Below are positions 36,201-51,200 of a stretch of 64,000 nucleotides of DNA, piece after piece. The stretch lies in the NCBI GenBank assembly GCA_964658305.1, contig OZ210885.1, positions 9,982,001-10,046,000 on the forward strand, read 5' to 3'. How positions within the stretch are numbered: the stretch's first letter is position 1; each line of letters starts with the position of its first letter. Under the pieces are notes generated by a model. That model saw nothing but the letters and a program-made list of their open reading frames with translations. It had not been told where the DNA came from and searched no databases. Both the position numbers and the translations under genes were made by a program. This stretch comes from Leptogorgia sarmentosa. Its lineage: Eukaryota.

Positions 36201-39200
36201 TGAGTCTTCAAATTTTATGTATGCATTTAACAGTTTAACTGCATGCATAGAACCGCGTGAATAAAGCTACTGCAGAAAGTTTGACTGGTTTGCTTGAGTT
36301 CAGGGGTCTATTGCAATTTTCGTTATACGAATAATGAAACGGCCATGCAAATTGTGGAAAATTCAGAAAGGCCCATTTACTTGTTAGCAAATATTTCAAG
36401 TTTCAGCCGTTTTAAAAATGATCAGAAACCTATAAAATCGCAGATACGGAGCAGGCAATTGATAAAAACCAGGCAATTTCAAAATATTTAAGTTTTATTC
36501 CCGTCAGATTTTAACGGGTTGTTTTAGGAAATTCAACAAAGAGCAACAGTCTTGCTCACCACCTAAACGATAGGATAGCGCAATCTTATATGTGAACAAC
36601 CATCCCGTTGCAGGAACGTTATAAATCGTTACTGCATTAGACCTCCTCCATTACACGAGCGGGGGGAGTTGAAATTTGATTTCTTTCACCAGTTGACAGG
36701 TATTACTATTTACGCATGCGTTGCCATCATTATATGGTCATAGTCATCGATTAAATACAGGATTATCTCGAGCGTCATATTAATTGGACTATATCAAATG
36801 TCAATTATACGTAACTATTGATACCGATCTTGAACAATATATATCTTGTGTCGCATCACGAATAGGTAAACTCGTACATGACAGAACTTCAGCATTCTGT
36901 AAGTTGTTGCTGGGTCTTCCAGCAAGACAAAATAGGTAGTGAGTATTTTTCCCGTACAGATGACAAATTTGGTGGGGATTTTAGTAATGGGGATATTTTA
37001 CGATCGGGTTAATCTTGTTCCTGATTATCCAGCTACAATACAAATAAAAGTTGTATTTATAGTACTCATTTGTGTTGATAGTGGCTTTATTAACAGGAAG
37101 CAAAGAGTCTACCTAAATAATTTAAACAGAGTTTACGTTTCGAGCAAAGGCCCTTCGCTGGGATCGAATATTGTGTTAAACTAATTCCCGGCGAGGGCCC
37201 TTTTGATGGAAACGTCAAATCCGTTTGTATCCCTTATAGGTATTGAGTAGACCTTTATTTGTTGTTGATGTTGCCATCTGCTACCTACACTGGTCACATA
37301 TTCATACTTCAATTATTATCCATCATGGGTTATGTGTACGTTGACCTGAAACCGTCATCATATAGATCTGAATGAAGTTGATGTATAGTTTGTCTTAAAT
37401 CTTGCATGAGAATCCATTCCATAATAGCTACATTGTAAATTAGTAACTTTTTTTACTGAATCTGTCGAAACTTAAAGCTGTTTATGAAATTGAAAGTCAA
37501 TGCTTCAATGTTCGTATCCATACACTGATATACAATTTTCCTAATATAACCTAATTAAATATAACCTACTTCAAACGGTCATTCTTATGTTTTCTTATAT
37601 GTATTATATGTAAATGTACATTTCTTTCGGTTCCGTTTAAAATAATTATGTCATTACGAAGTCCTGGAATGGATTAAATGTGAAGTTACAGGTTTCAAAA
37701 CAAAGCGCATAACGCGGATGTCGTACAGTTTAAGCCAGAGTTTCCCGTCCATGTATGCCTTCGATTATCTAGGTCTGATACGAACCTTCTTTAATTTTAA
37801 GAACACATCTGATATAACATCAGAAAATCAAAGTTATAGTTTCTGCCAATCAACCGAAATGTACGTATAACATATACTGACACACAGGCGCGGATCTAGG
37901 GGTGGTCAAAGCGGTCAAGCGACCAACGTAAAATTTGCGTAACAGTCCAGTTATTGAGGGCATTGCGGTCAGTGGCTAAGAAATAAACAAAATCATAGTC
38001 CAGTTACAACAATTCGGTCAGTGCTTCAGGAATTTTTTGGCTCGGTCAGACTGGTCAGTCATCAGCGGTTTTTGCATGAGTTTTGACCGAATCGGGTGGC
38101 AAATTCAGTCATTTGATTGGTCAATATGATTTTTGACCGACTTGTGGGGTGGACTGACCGGTTTGCGTAATCAGGGGCTTTAACATGATGCCAATGATTG
38201 GTTCATTTAAATAAATCCTGCAATTTTATTGGCCCAATTCTTTGACCGACTTGGCTGATTCACAGTTGGGGGCCATTCACCGGTCATCGAATAAATGTTA
38301 GTGGCGACGTGGAATGTTTGCGTAAAAGATTTATCAAAATCTTATAAATCGCGTTCATGCGGCACGCAAGTGCTCCATTGCAGAGTTGCTGTCTGCTATA
38401 AACCGTCGTAGTCTACGTTCAGCAGAAATTTCTCCGTGGAACATTTTATCCCCAGTTATGCACGTGGACGGGACTGCCGGAGAGGTTTTTCACAGTTATA
38501 AGGTAAACCTTGAATTATTTACAATTAAATTGTATAAACACGGCTAAAGATGGGTTTGCATCGAATTTATATAATATAAATAACGGATTTGCATGTTTGT
38601 GCGTATAGTGAATCGGTCAAGCAAGGTCAATTGAGCGATTTAGATTTTAGACATATCACTAGTTTGTTTGCAAGTATTACTTTTCAACTGCACTAAAATT
38701 TTGTGATAATATGTGTTAAAAAATGTAAACCTGGACTCCTGAAGTAGTATAGAAAACCCCCGCATGGGTAATTGAACTTTGAAACACGAATCCACATACA
38801 GTATATACACGTGTTAGACTGTTAGTCTGTTACTATTATTGTATTATTAAGTAGTAACACTACACTAGTGCAGTATTTCTACAGGGTTTTTAGTTGAAAC
38901 TTTTTTAAGTTGCTGTTTGTATTTTAAAATTAATTTAATTACATATTCCTTTACTTTCTTAGATCTGAACCTTCTGGTAATTGCTTCTATAGCTCTGCAT
39001 CAATGGTACAGGTAGGTGATAATAGTTTGTAGAGAGTTTGGATCATTTGACTTCAAAGCCACCCATGCACATGGGAACATGGTCAGTATTTTAAAAATAT
39101 TAACAATCTTTTACCTCAGTCTGTTTCAAGAGAGAGTTTGGATTCTGGTAAGACCAGAGAAGAGTTGGTAAAACAGGAGGCCATTTTTAATTGCAATGAC

Positions 39201-42200
39201 AAGAAATGTCTTCATTTCTTTGTATTTTAGGTATCTTCTGTTTTAGGTAGAAATATATATATTTAATACCCTGATTGTGGTGAGGAATGGTAGAATGTGC
39301 TCTTTATAGGTGCCTTGTAAAACCTCGTTTGCCTGCCAAAGAAGCTTTGATGATGATCTTCACATACTATTTTGCTATTATGGTCATATAAACCTGGGGA
39401 GTGGGGACACCATTCATCCTAACCATTTTGTTCCCCTTCTTTCTTATACTAACCAGCATAAAAGAAAACTACCTATTTCCAGTGTGCAGTCCAAGAAGAT
39501 TAGAAGTTCAACAGTGCCTGGTGCCAGCATTGCATATTATTTTTTTACTGTTTCTAAAGCACCCCCAGCCCACCTGATTGCACAAAATGCCCCTAATGAA
39601 ACATTTCCCTCTGCTGCATCCCTTAAGTTAAGGCTAGTACTAACTAAACCTACTGTAAACCCTCCACCTACTGTAGCTGCAGAGAGAAGGTCAATGGTAT
39701 GAATACAGGACAAATTAATAACTTAATTAAGAATATTTTCAGACTGGGATTGACCTGAAAACTGAGCATTTTCATGTCCATGAAATGTCCCATATAGTCA
39801 CCCATTTCTAACAAAAATCCTTTTCACATATGGAAAAGGTGTGAGGGCGAGTCCTGGCGCCTTAAAAGCAGTTGCTCTATTGCTATCCATGTCGGAAACA
39901 TTGATATGATATCACATATATTATTGATAAAATAATATATGGCATCAAGTCATTAACAAATGTTTTCTAGGGATGCTGATGAGCTCTGATATGGAGCGAA
40001 ACAGCTACGCTATATTTATCATAATACTGCGCACAAAATCTTTAAACGAACATCGCTGGACATTTTTTTAGCCACGCCCCAAACGCCCGGGACCACGCCC
40101 CCAGAAAGCCCTTGACCACGCCCCATGGACCACGCCCTTCGGATATTTAAATTTTGACCAACGTACGAAAAATCCTAGATCCGCGCCTGACTGACACATG
40201 CACGCTGACGATTTCCCGTGTTTTCTTCATGAATTATTAATGCATTTCACAAGTATATATACCCATGTTTTGTAAAAATTGTATACATTCCTAATAATGA
40301 ATACGCCGAGTCGAAACGTGGAACAAACAATTGAAAAAATTTCTTGTGATCGGATGTTTGTATTTCTATATGCACAGTATGGCTAGTAGCCTTGTGTACT
40401 ACACCTTTATTGAGGACTTCGTCGAGTCCTGGGAGATATTCCCATCCTTTGACAGCGACACGACATAACGATCATCAGCAGAGACTGCAACATGTTTTGC
40501 CCATTCAAGGTCACCTATTAATCAGGAAGGAAAAAATAATCAGTCCAGAAATTGAAGTAAACATCAAAAGGATATTTTCTGTAACAGTCACAAATGATCA
40601 GGTTGGACGCGTTATTAAAATTAATGTAAAAATCTTTGCAATTTAAGGATTTAAATACAATGAAAAGAAAAAGTCTTGAGGAGTGGATTAAATACTGTAT
40701 CTAATATAATTTGATACTTTAACAAGCAGCAAAATTGCAACTCACCAACTGAACGATAGGCAGTGAATTTGTTTTCTAGCGTTTACTAGATAGTAAGTAG
40801 AACTTTTGTTGCTTGTTGATGTTATTATATCCGGAACCTTCACGGGTCGCATATATATAGGATATTACACGGTTGCGAGAAGATATGGATTTTATGTTCG
40901 AGTGGCAAGAACAATATTTCACGAGTGAGCGCAGCGAACGAGTGAGATATTGTTCTTGCCACGAGAACATAAAATCCATATCTTCGAGCGAACCGTGTAA
41001 TGTTCTCTTTATTATATGGACTTATTCAGAGTGACACAAATACACAACAACTACCCTTTTAATGCAAACATGCAGTCTAAAACACGACAATTAATGGCTT
41101 TAAAATTAGCCTTTACTAAATATAGATTACAAAATACGGCTTCATTGTAGTTCATTGTAGTATTGTAGCTTTATTGTTCGTCGCAAAACGTACTAATATC
41201 GTCTTCGCTTAAATTCACAAACCTTGAAGTAGAAGCCATTTGTAAACAGCGAAAAAGGTGGGAAGGTTATGTCGCCGCTAAGCGTGACATACGGAAAATA
41301 CGCGCACCGTATCCCGGATGTAGTGGCGTATGAGTTCTACGAGTGTTTTAGTTCCCAATAAAATACCGCTGTCCATATAATAATGAACCTTATTCTAGCG
41401 GGCTAGACCATAAACTATCAAAAGAATGGACTGGAAACGCACGCTGAAACTGCACAACAACCGTGATACGCTTGATGTGGAACCCTGTAACTTCACATTA
41501 AATCCATTCCAAGACTTGGTATTGACAAATTTCAAACCAGAAGAGAAATGAGTGTGCAACTATCCACTGTTCAAGGCATAAAATCACCTTTGCAATAAGT
41601 GGTGAGAAATTTTATATCTTGATATTTTGCTTACGTTGTGTTTGTCATTGTTGTCTGTCAGTATCAAATATTCCGTATCTCTACACTCTTCTTTATACTC
41701 CTGTAATAAACAAGTAACTTCACAGTTGCTCGTTTGTACCGTTATTATTTACTCGTTGTGATCGCTAAGCTCACTCGTTCACTGCGCTCAATTGTGATGG
41801 CACAATTGTTAAATATAAATCGTACGCACTCGCCAACCGTGAAGTAGCCGCCAATCTCTATGTATTGTCTTTCCATCTTAGACAGTCGCCAAATCTCATA
41901 AAACATTTCCCTTTCGTCAATGATGTAAATATAGATGTCTACCGTCCAATTCGCAAATAATAAAATTCGACCAAACGAGTCAACTGCGCATGAAGTAATT
42001 TGTTTATTATATGAATACAAGGAAGAGTGTAGAGATACGGAATATTTGATACACACAGACGACAATGATAGACACAACACGAGCGAAACATCAAAATATA
42101 AAATATCTTAGCTTATTGTTTTGTATTCAAGGAGGTTTATATCGTCATTCTGCATGAAAGTAGTTGAAATTTTGTAATTACGATTGGTTATAAGAATACC

Positions 42201-45200
42201 AAAGGAATTCTTTTCTTTACATGCAATTATCTTAGGGAATACAAATCAAAAGGCAATTAACGTAGGCCTAATTAATCGACGAAAGCCTGCTACCATTCAA
42301 CTGTAGTTAACCACCGGTTTTCTGTCTTCATATCAGTGCAGAGCGTTGCGCAGACAAGAACGTTTCTCATTAACTATTCCGATTTGCTTATTATACACGA
42401 GTTTTACAAGATTTGAATTTCCAGGTAAATCTGTTCTACGTAAAAATAGTAGTTTTTGAACATGGTACAGTACTTGAAGCACAAAAATTAACAAGGTTGA
42501 GGCTAGGTTCATATGAATTTAGTAAAATGAAAGTGAATTTAGTGAAATGAAATGAAAACGAGATCGTCCGCAACCTATTTATAAGAAAGCTGGCCCAAAT
42601 AGACAATTTGAACTATACCTGTGACAGAAAAGCACTGTGTGTGAAGATTCCAAACTTTGAAAGTTCCATCTGTAGATGTGGAAACACATCTGGAGTCACC
42701 ACGAGCGATTGTAATATCTGTGACGTCTTCTGAATGATCAGAGAAACTGTTTTGTTCCATGTACGCAGCAGTTCCCAGGTTCCAAACCCTGATACTTCCA
42801 TCCCATGACGCTGTCAATACCTTCTTCGCATTGGGAATTATTGCAACACCGCTGAAATATTACAAGTTGATTGTTTATTTCTAATAATAATTATTTCTAC
42901 CGAAAAAAGGCAAAGACGATCTCTGTCAGATTATTGATTGTTTAAGAAACCAATGTTTTCAAAATATGCTGTATAATTTATTCATACATGATCAGGGAAA
43001 TATGTCGTATTCATCAAATTTTAGTGCAAATGAAAGCTACACCTATGGTCACTTTAATTTTTGCAAAAATCTTTCTATTAGTATGTCAACAATTAAGAAG
43101 ATGGATAGATAGATAAAATCTTTATTTACATAGGGTAGTCCCGTCAGTAATAAAAATAACTGTTATCAACGGGAGCCCTATTGACATATTGTAGAGTTCA
43201 GTAGTAAAATTATGTTGCATTGGATGTCATACGCTGAATTTCCTACGTTTATCCCTCATTAAAATCTTTCTAAAGCCCAAGTCGTCCTTTGCAAATAAGC
43301 ACGACTATAGCCAGAAGCCAATTAGTATATTAGTGTAATAAATAGAAATTCTTGCGTTGCGAACAAATGGATGACTGAAAATTACTTTCATGGCGTTCAT
43401 CTTCGCTATCTTTTCAATTCATCAATAACCGATTTCAAGAAGCAGTACGTCTAAGTGTAACTGTGAAATATCGTAATAAATTAATACAATTACACAAAAC
43501 AGAACGTGTTGTATGTTAAGCTTAATGTTATGTATTGGGTCTTCGTTGTTGCCTTGTCCGCATAACGATCCTTTCGCTAAATTAGACATAGCTGCTAGAG
43601 TGAACCCACCTGATGAGATTGGTATGACCTTTATAACAGGAAAGGCACTTTCCAGTGTGGAAACACCACAACCTCGCACTTCCTTCATCGTCTCCAGAGA
43701 TAATATTCTTTTTATCTCCGCTCACAGCGACACTGGTAACAGGAGATTCATGACCCTTAAGAGTACGAATTTCTTGATAAGTTTTCAAATCCCAAATTTT
43801 TATTGTCCCATCGCCTGAAGCAGACACAAGCATTGGATTGTTTTTTCCTGAATCTAAAAGAGAAACTTCGCACTTTAGTCGAACTGGCACAAAAGGGGAA
43901 GCAAAGTACATGATATCCTAAATATATTCCGTAACTCGATCGCTGACAGGAGAAATTTTTATATATGCATTCTGCAAGTCCAGGCAATGGATTCTGCAGT
44001 AGTAGAATACCGAAAGTTTATTTTGTTGGTACCGTTAGGATATTGAAGAGAAATTGACGCAAAAAGAAATTCCAATGTGTCAGGATAAACTTAAAATACT
44101 CAAAATATGGCCGAACCGTCTGGCACGTACAGCAGTTATGATCACGAATGAATTGTGCAAAGTAACATCATATTCTTCTAGTTAGTTTTGCATAATTATT
44201 ATGTTAAAGCTCATTACCTCTGCAAGGAGGTTATGTAATCATCTTGGTTTGTCTGTATGGTGTGTGTGTGTGTGTGTGTGTGTGTGTCTGTGTTTGTGTG
44301 TTGGTCTGTGAACACGATAACTTGAGAAATATCGAACATCTTGCACAATTGTTTGGCATTGCACAAGGAAGAGATGATTACATTTTGGTTCAATTTGGCT
44401 GAGAATCAAGTAAAACATTTATGGAAAAAAACTTTCGTTGCTTTATTTTTTAAATATGAATGCGTAATGAAGTTAATTGATATTCTGGATCTGTTGTGTG
44501 AATTAGTATATTTACGGTATCAATTTTGGGTGAACATTTATTAAGCCCCCACCATCTACTTAGTCCCCTCTTCAGATAACCGCTCACCTGAAAGCAGGAA
44601 AACATAAATATCCCCCAAGGGGCTAAATAGAGGAAATACGGTAGTCTTTCTTGAAGCTGCTCAAATAGTTAATTTCGCAATACGTGTTTAATTGGATTTT
44701 ATACAAAATAAACTTCTTTCTCGTTTATTAAAAATAAATAGGAAATGCGCAGTCGTAATCAACGTTTAATTTGGGCCTCAACGTTCAAAATTTCAAAATT
44801 TTATGATATTATAAATGTTACAACGATGATTAACTTCTGAAAAGTCAAAAAAGTTTTTTCCTGAGGAAATATTCGAGTACCCAAATTTATAATTGCTATT
44901 TCAACCTATATCAATACTATGTAGTGTAAAGTTACTGAAAACTCTAATGAAAGATCGTAAGAACTCTGCGTCGGTGCAATTACTCAAACCAGAGTGTAAC
45001 AGTACTGACCAGTACGTACACTGTAGCACGTACCGCAACGGGAAATTTTCATTGCTGCATTACATCATTATTAGTTTGCACATGTATTCATACTTATGTT
45101 TGGGAACATAACTGTGTTTAACTGCTCTTAACTGTTGCCTATCTGCTCTTTCATGTCAATGAGTAGCTGTGATAATTGACTGATTAAATTCAATTATTAT

Positions 45201-48200
45201 CACATTTATTCAAGCAACTAACCTACCAAGTTCTAACAGTACAGCACAATGTTTGTCACAACAATTATAAAACAGGTCAAACTATATCAATTTTGTCTGT
45301 TGGAAAAAGAGGATCTGAGGTGAAGATGGACAAGATATGTCAAACGACACCTGGCTATATATCTTGGCAATGGACAGTGTATCTAAAACAATATTACTTT
45401 ACAAACAACATTCATGTTGGCTTCCATTTGTTACTTTATCTATATAATTTCATAAGTTAAAAACAAATGGTATAAAATGCTGTCATATTCTGTTGTCAGC
45501 TTGTAATTCAATTCATTCTCCTGTTATTGAATTCTATTATATATTGTAGTTCAATTCGATACATGTGCATTTAATTAAATACATGTGAAACGGCTAAAAT
45601 TGTTCTTGATTGATGTATCCCTATGAAATACATTTCAGAGCAGTGGCGTAGGACGGTGGGGCACTTGGGGCCAGGTGCCCCACCCCCCAACTTTCACGGT
45701 TATAAGTGCCCTTTTAAAAAGAAATGCCCTTCTTTCATGCCTAGGATTTGTACAGCTTTCTGATAGACATGAGAATTTGCCCAAATGTACTAAAATATTT
45801 TGTAGGATTCCATTATTCACTAGCTTTTATATGTTTTTTTTTAAATGCCGCCTTGCTGATTGCAAGTTGCAAATACAGTAATAAGTTTTCTCAACCAAAA
45901 ATATCATGTCTTCTTGTTGCTAAGTTATCGAAAGTTAAAGTTGAAACTTATTTAAAGTTGCAACATTTAATAGTAAAGATTTGGATTCTGTTCTCCCTGT
46001 GCCTCCCCCCCCCCCAAACTACAACTTGATTCGTATGCCCTTGTTTCATAGCCTGTTTCTACTTTTAGGGCAGACTATTATTACTTACAAGAGGTCTTAA
46101 CGCCAATAAAATATACAATACCCGGCCTAAATGCCAAGTCTTTTGAATCTACTTGTACAGTATCACAATTTATACATTAAGGTCTGCGACACAGGGTAAT
46201 CAGTTGAAATATACACACACAAGCAAATTGTCTCAAAGTATATTTAGAAAGCTAGCATAGAGAAATCTAATGGCCATTTTAAAATACTCTTAGCTTATAC
46301 AAATACAACCAGCCTAAAAATTTGGAAGAAATCAGAAAGTCCTAAAATAGTGCTTGCACATGAAAGCACTGGTTACCACCATACTAACAATTAAGGAAAG
46401 ACTTTGCTTTCTTTCTAGGCATAATTTTTCATTACAATATTAGAATGCTGTTGCAAGCAGGTATTTTTGTGCAATAATTGGGAAAATTTATTCCAAAACA
46501 TGATAGCTATTCCCCTCCAATCATTGCTTTATTGAAACATTAAGGAAGTTTATAATAAAGAATATGTTTTATCCGAAAGAAATAACAAATATAATTCTGA
46601 AGAGACTCTATTGAAGTAAGATCTTCAAAATGTTATGGAATATTAACTCATACAGTATTGCATACCTGTTGCGACAACACATCTCACCCGATCTGTATGG
46701 CCAACCAAACTGGCCTCAAAATTTAGTGTATCGGCTTTCCACAACTTGATAGTCTTGTCAGGATATCCACCAGTAGCAACGAACTGTCCATCTTTGGTCG
46801 TACACAGCGACTCGACTACCTCAGGAATACTTGTTGAGAGGTTTTCTCCGGTAGATACACAATACACTTTCAGCCCTACAACGCATGATGGATACTCGTC
46901 AGACTGATGTTTCAATAATGTCTAACCCTAGACGATTTTGTGAAATCTTGTTTTTAATTGTGTCCCTCTCCGGCGCTGAGCATGCTCTGGCTGTTGCTGG
47001 CTTATGTTTTTACACTGCGTTTCACTGCGCTCTACACGAAGTTTACAGTTAACCGCTGGTTTGAAGATACGCAGTCGCTGGAATCCTCAAACCAGCTGTT
47101 GCAATTATTGTTTAAATATTTACAATTTGTACTTTTGGCGAAGGTTGAGAGGTGCTACTCAAACAGACGTATCTGGTTTTCCCAGGAAATCATTTTACTA
47201 CAGCTACGTTACAAAACTGCTGTTCCTGGCATCAAACACAAAAAGAATTAGTGAACATGGTCCAATCACACGATACGATGCCGTTTGTAAATTTTATAAA
47301 CCCACCCTCTACCATAGCTACATTGTTGTCAAATTGTATGCATTGTACAGGGCATCCATACCAGTGGTACTGTTGGTAAAACTTGGTTACAAATCGTGAA
47401 AGTTACATCCGTGAAGCAAGGGCCATGTATGGCAGTTGGGCTTCGTTCAAAATAATGAAAATATACTTTGTTTTCAAATGTAGTCGATTATGTACAACAG
47501 GTTACAGGAACGAATTCAGATAAAATGGTTGAAATGTACGACATACAGTCGAACCTCTCATTGCGGACACCTCTTGTAAGCGGACACCTCTCATAAGCGG
47601 ACACCATTCTTAGGTCCCGGCCAAACCTCTATTAAATTACTTTATAATATAAGTAGGGTAAAATCTGCAACGTGATTGGCTAATGAGCGTGCATTATAAC
47701 AGCGTAATGCACGCATCTAGCTATTAAATTTCTCCCGCGACTCTTTGGTTTGACAAAAAGACAATAAAAATACATATATACTACAACTACATCCATAAAA
47801 AAGGCTTGAATTGTTTGCTTTCGCTCAGCTAAAGGAATAAAGCTGTGTTGCTGCTTGGCAACATTTGAGAACACGCTTGATTACATGTAAAGAGAATTGT
47901 AATTTTGATCTTCCTAACGAAGTTTTTTGTTGCGCTAATATTCTCTTATATTATAAAAGAAATAGAAAAACTCGTCGCGTGCCATTATGCTGTTATAATT
48001 ACACTCGGGCAATGTTGTGAGAATACTCGAGAATCGCGTAAAACACTCGGCTACGCCTCGTGTTTTACGCGATTCTCTCGTATTCTCCCAACATTTCCCT
48101 CGTGCATTATAACAGCATAATGGCACGCGATTCGTTATCTATTTCTTAAATATTTACGACCTGCGGACACCTCTCGTAAGCGGACGCGGACACCAAAACA

Positions 48201-51200
48201 AAATCCAAAATGGCATTATAACCTCTTGTAAGCGGACAGTTTGCATTTTGCTTCCATTATTGACATAGTTTTAATTCTGCTTCCATTGACATAGTTTTTA
48301 TCAGTTTATGACCGGCAGCTAAAATCAACATCTGTTTGGTGTTGATAACAATAACAAGAACATGTTGTATACTCTGGACATTAAAAATCGATAGTCATCT
48401 GGTGAAAAATTCAAGTACGGTCAACTCTCGCTTTGCGGACACCTCGCTATTGCATGGGAACACTTTGTAAGGTTTAGTGACAGTAAATGATGGTCCCGTG
48501 TCCGCTTTAACGAGAGTTGGCTGCATGACTGGGATAATGGGAATAATATGATATTTATTTGACAATTTTTAATAGATGCAATATGGTTAAATATTAACTT
48601 GATATTAATGAACCTCTCATAAGCGGACACCTCCCGTAAGCGGACACCATGACCAGGTCCCGAAGGTGTCCGCTTATGGGAGGTTCCACTCTATTAACAA
48701 CGAGCTCTCTTTCTCTCCAACCCGTTTCCGAAAGTTGAAATACAAATTTTTAATTCTTTTTTTTTCACTGAGTATATACCGCACGAAATAAAGACAAACA
48801 CCATTGAAATCCTAATAAAATGATCTTTCAAACGGTGGGTCGCATGTTAGTTAAAACACAACAAAAAAAATTAAGATTGCATGATCGTCGGAAACGTAAG
48901 GCATTAGCATCTATCTGAGAAAAACAGAGTCCAATATGTTGAAATGCATCTCCTTATTTCTCATTTCTCCCTGAAGCAGCATATTCATGAAACCTGTTTT
49001 ATGTTCGTGTTATTTGCACATATAATAACATTTCTACAAGCTTTTTTGCAATTGTCAAAAATTTCCGCACGCGCACGGCATTTACTAAAACAGGATAAAT
49101 TCGAATAAAACGAATTCGACCTATATTAATATGGCGTTGGAGAGAAAGAATACTTTTCGTAAGTTATACATTTTTCTAAAATGTATTAACGATTATGCTG
49201 CACGAAACTGACGAAATGCTTCTGAATTTCACATATTCGCTACGAAGCACAAGTTGAATACATACAGTGAATATTTAACTCACTGTGATGACTACGTCGC
49301 TATTTAGAGTTGACTCTCACTCAAATATGGAACGTTACGTGAAACCCAAGAGCTGAAACGATATGCATCAATCCGCTTCATAAACGTTCTTGTATTAAAA
49401 TGTGAAGCCAATTTTTTAGTAAATAGCGATGTACACAGTGGCGTAACTACTAGGGGCCCAACCTGGCCGGGGGCCCTGGGAAGAGGTTTCTTCAGGGCCG
49501 TGGCTAATGTGAAATTCAAATAATTTTTATTGAAACTGAAGATGCAAAAAAGTTCGAAGTTAACAAAATGTTTGATATCATTCAGTAGCTGAAACAATTT
49601 TGTTGCCTTTTAAATTGTGCTTGGATGTTGACAGTATATTAATTGTTGTGTATTACAGTCAAACTTTTACTGTTGTCATTGTTTCTGCTTTATAGGAACT
49701 TATTTTAGTGTGCTTCTTTTTACGGAACGTTTTTGCCTTTTCAGTATAATTGAAGAGAAGAGATGTTAAATAGCTATAATATGTTCGATAAGAAATAGCA
49801 GAATTAAAATCCGTACCCGTCAGCAAAATCTTATTTCTTATCGAAACTCGCGCACTTTAATACTAACTTTTAAGCAGAGCGGAAATCGAGAAAACGTTTA
49901 TGCAAATTTTCGTTTACCTATTCTGAACAACATTTTGATATCCTTGTTTGATTTGTGTTTAAGATGCTTACCATCGTCTGTTCCAATAAACACTCGCTGA
50001 TCATCTGCACTGAAATCCAGAGCATTAACGTCTCTCTCCTCTTCGAACACAAAAAGCTGTTCATAATTATCCATTCTCCAAAGGATTGTACTTCCGTCGC
50101 ACGACCCCGACGCTAGTATTGTTCCACTTTGTGACACAGCCAAACAGGAAACATCGTAAGAATGTCCCAGTAGTTGTTGAACTTCTCTACCTGTTTATAA
50201 AATAAGATAGCACGTATATAAAAGGGTGTAATAGGTAATTTTCACTCACATCGTTACTACATTGGGAGTATTTTTCAAAACATTGCGGCGATAAAATAAA
50301 TGATTGAGACAAGTAACTACATTAACAAACCCATCAGCTACACTCTGTTTACACCGCTAACTTCCATTTATACTATTACGTCCCTATAGCAACTTAAACA
50401 GCAATGTAAGCGATAGACAAACACTGAAACGATCTTCATTGTTTGGGCACTTATAATAATGTAGAATAAACAATAAAATGTTGAAATTTAAATTTGGAAA
50501 ATCGAGGGATATGTGTCTTTTCCAACAAAAAATGTCTTGCGCACGAAATTTAAAGGCTTAAAAGTCATTTTGAGTTGAGAAAACGGAAACTTTGTCGAGT
50601 TGTGTATTGCTTTTGAAAGTTTCAAGAACACTGGTTGAGTTTAAACGCTCGAAAACGTCGCACAAACTTACGTTTTTTAGAATAATCAGCTTTTCGCATG
50701 CTTAATTTCGGCTTGCATACCTGTCTCTTGGTCTATGACGCTGATTGAACCATTCCCTAAACCACAAATGGCTAGAGTACAGCCTGCAGCATTGGTCGTG
50801 GCTAATGAGATTACGGCCGTATCAAACGTCTTTCGCGATATCTCAGAGCCTCCGAGATCCAGACACGAAGATTCCGGTAAAAGATAGCAGGTCTTCGTGC
50901 CTGCTTCACGGAGTTGCTCTAATATCGTTTTTATCCTTGGATACTCTTGATACGATAGCAGCCTGCCTGGAAAATAAATATACACAACAGTCTTATGATA
51001 TATCCTGGCAAAATCATAAATTTAGGCCTACATATTATCGTTCTTGCCTTTGCAACTTATTTTTAAAATGGATAGCTTTTTGATAGAAAAAAGTAAAACT
51101 GATAAAACAAGTTATGATTTACATTATTATACATTTAAAATTTATTCTCGTTCCTGATTGGTCAGAAAGCACCGGCTAATTCTCAGTATTCGGTATTTAT

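Noticed and set aside
40287..40325. CTAATAA...GAGTCGAAACGTGGAAC hammerhead-like relic
   Set aside because: The CUGAUGA box and stem II are disrupted.
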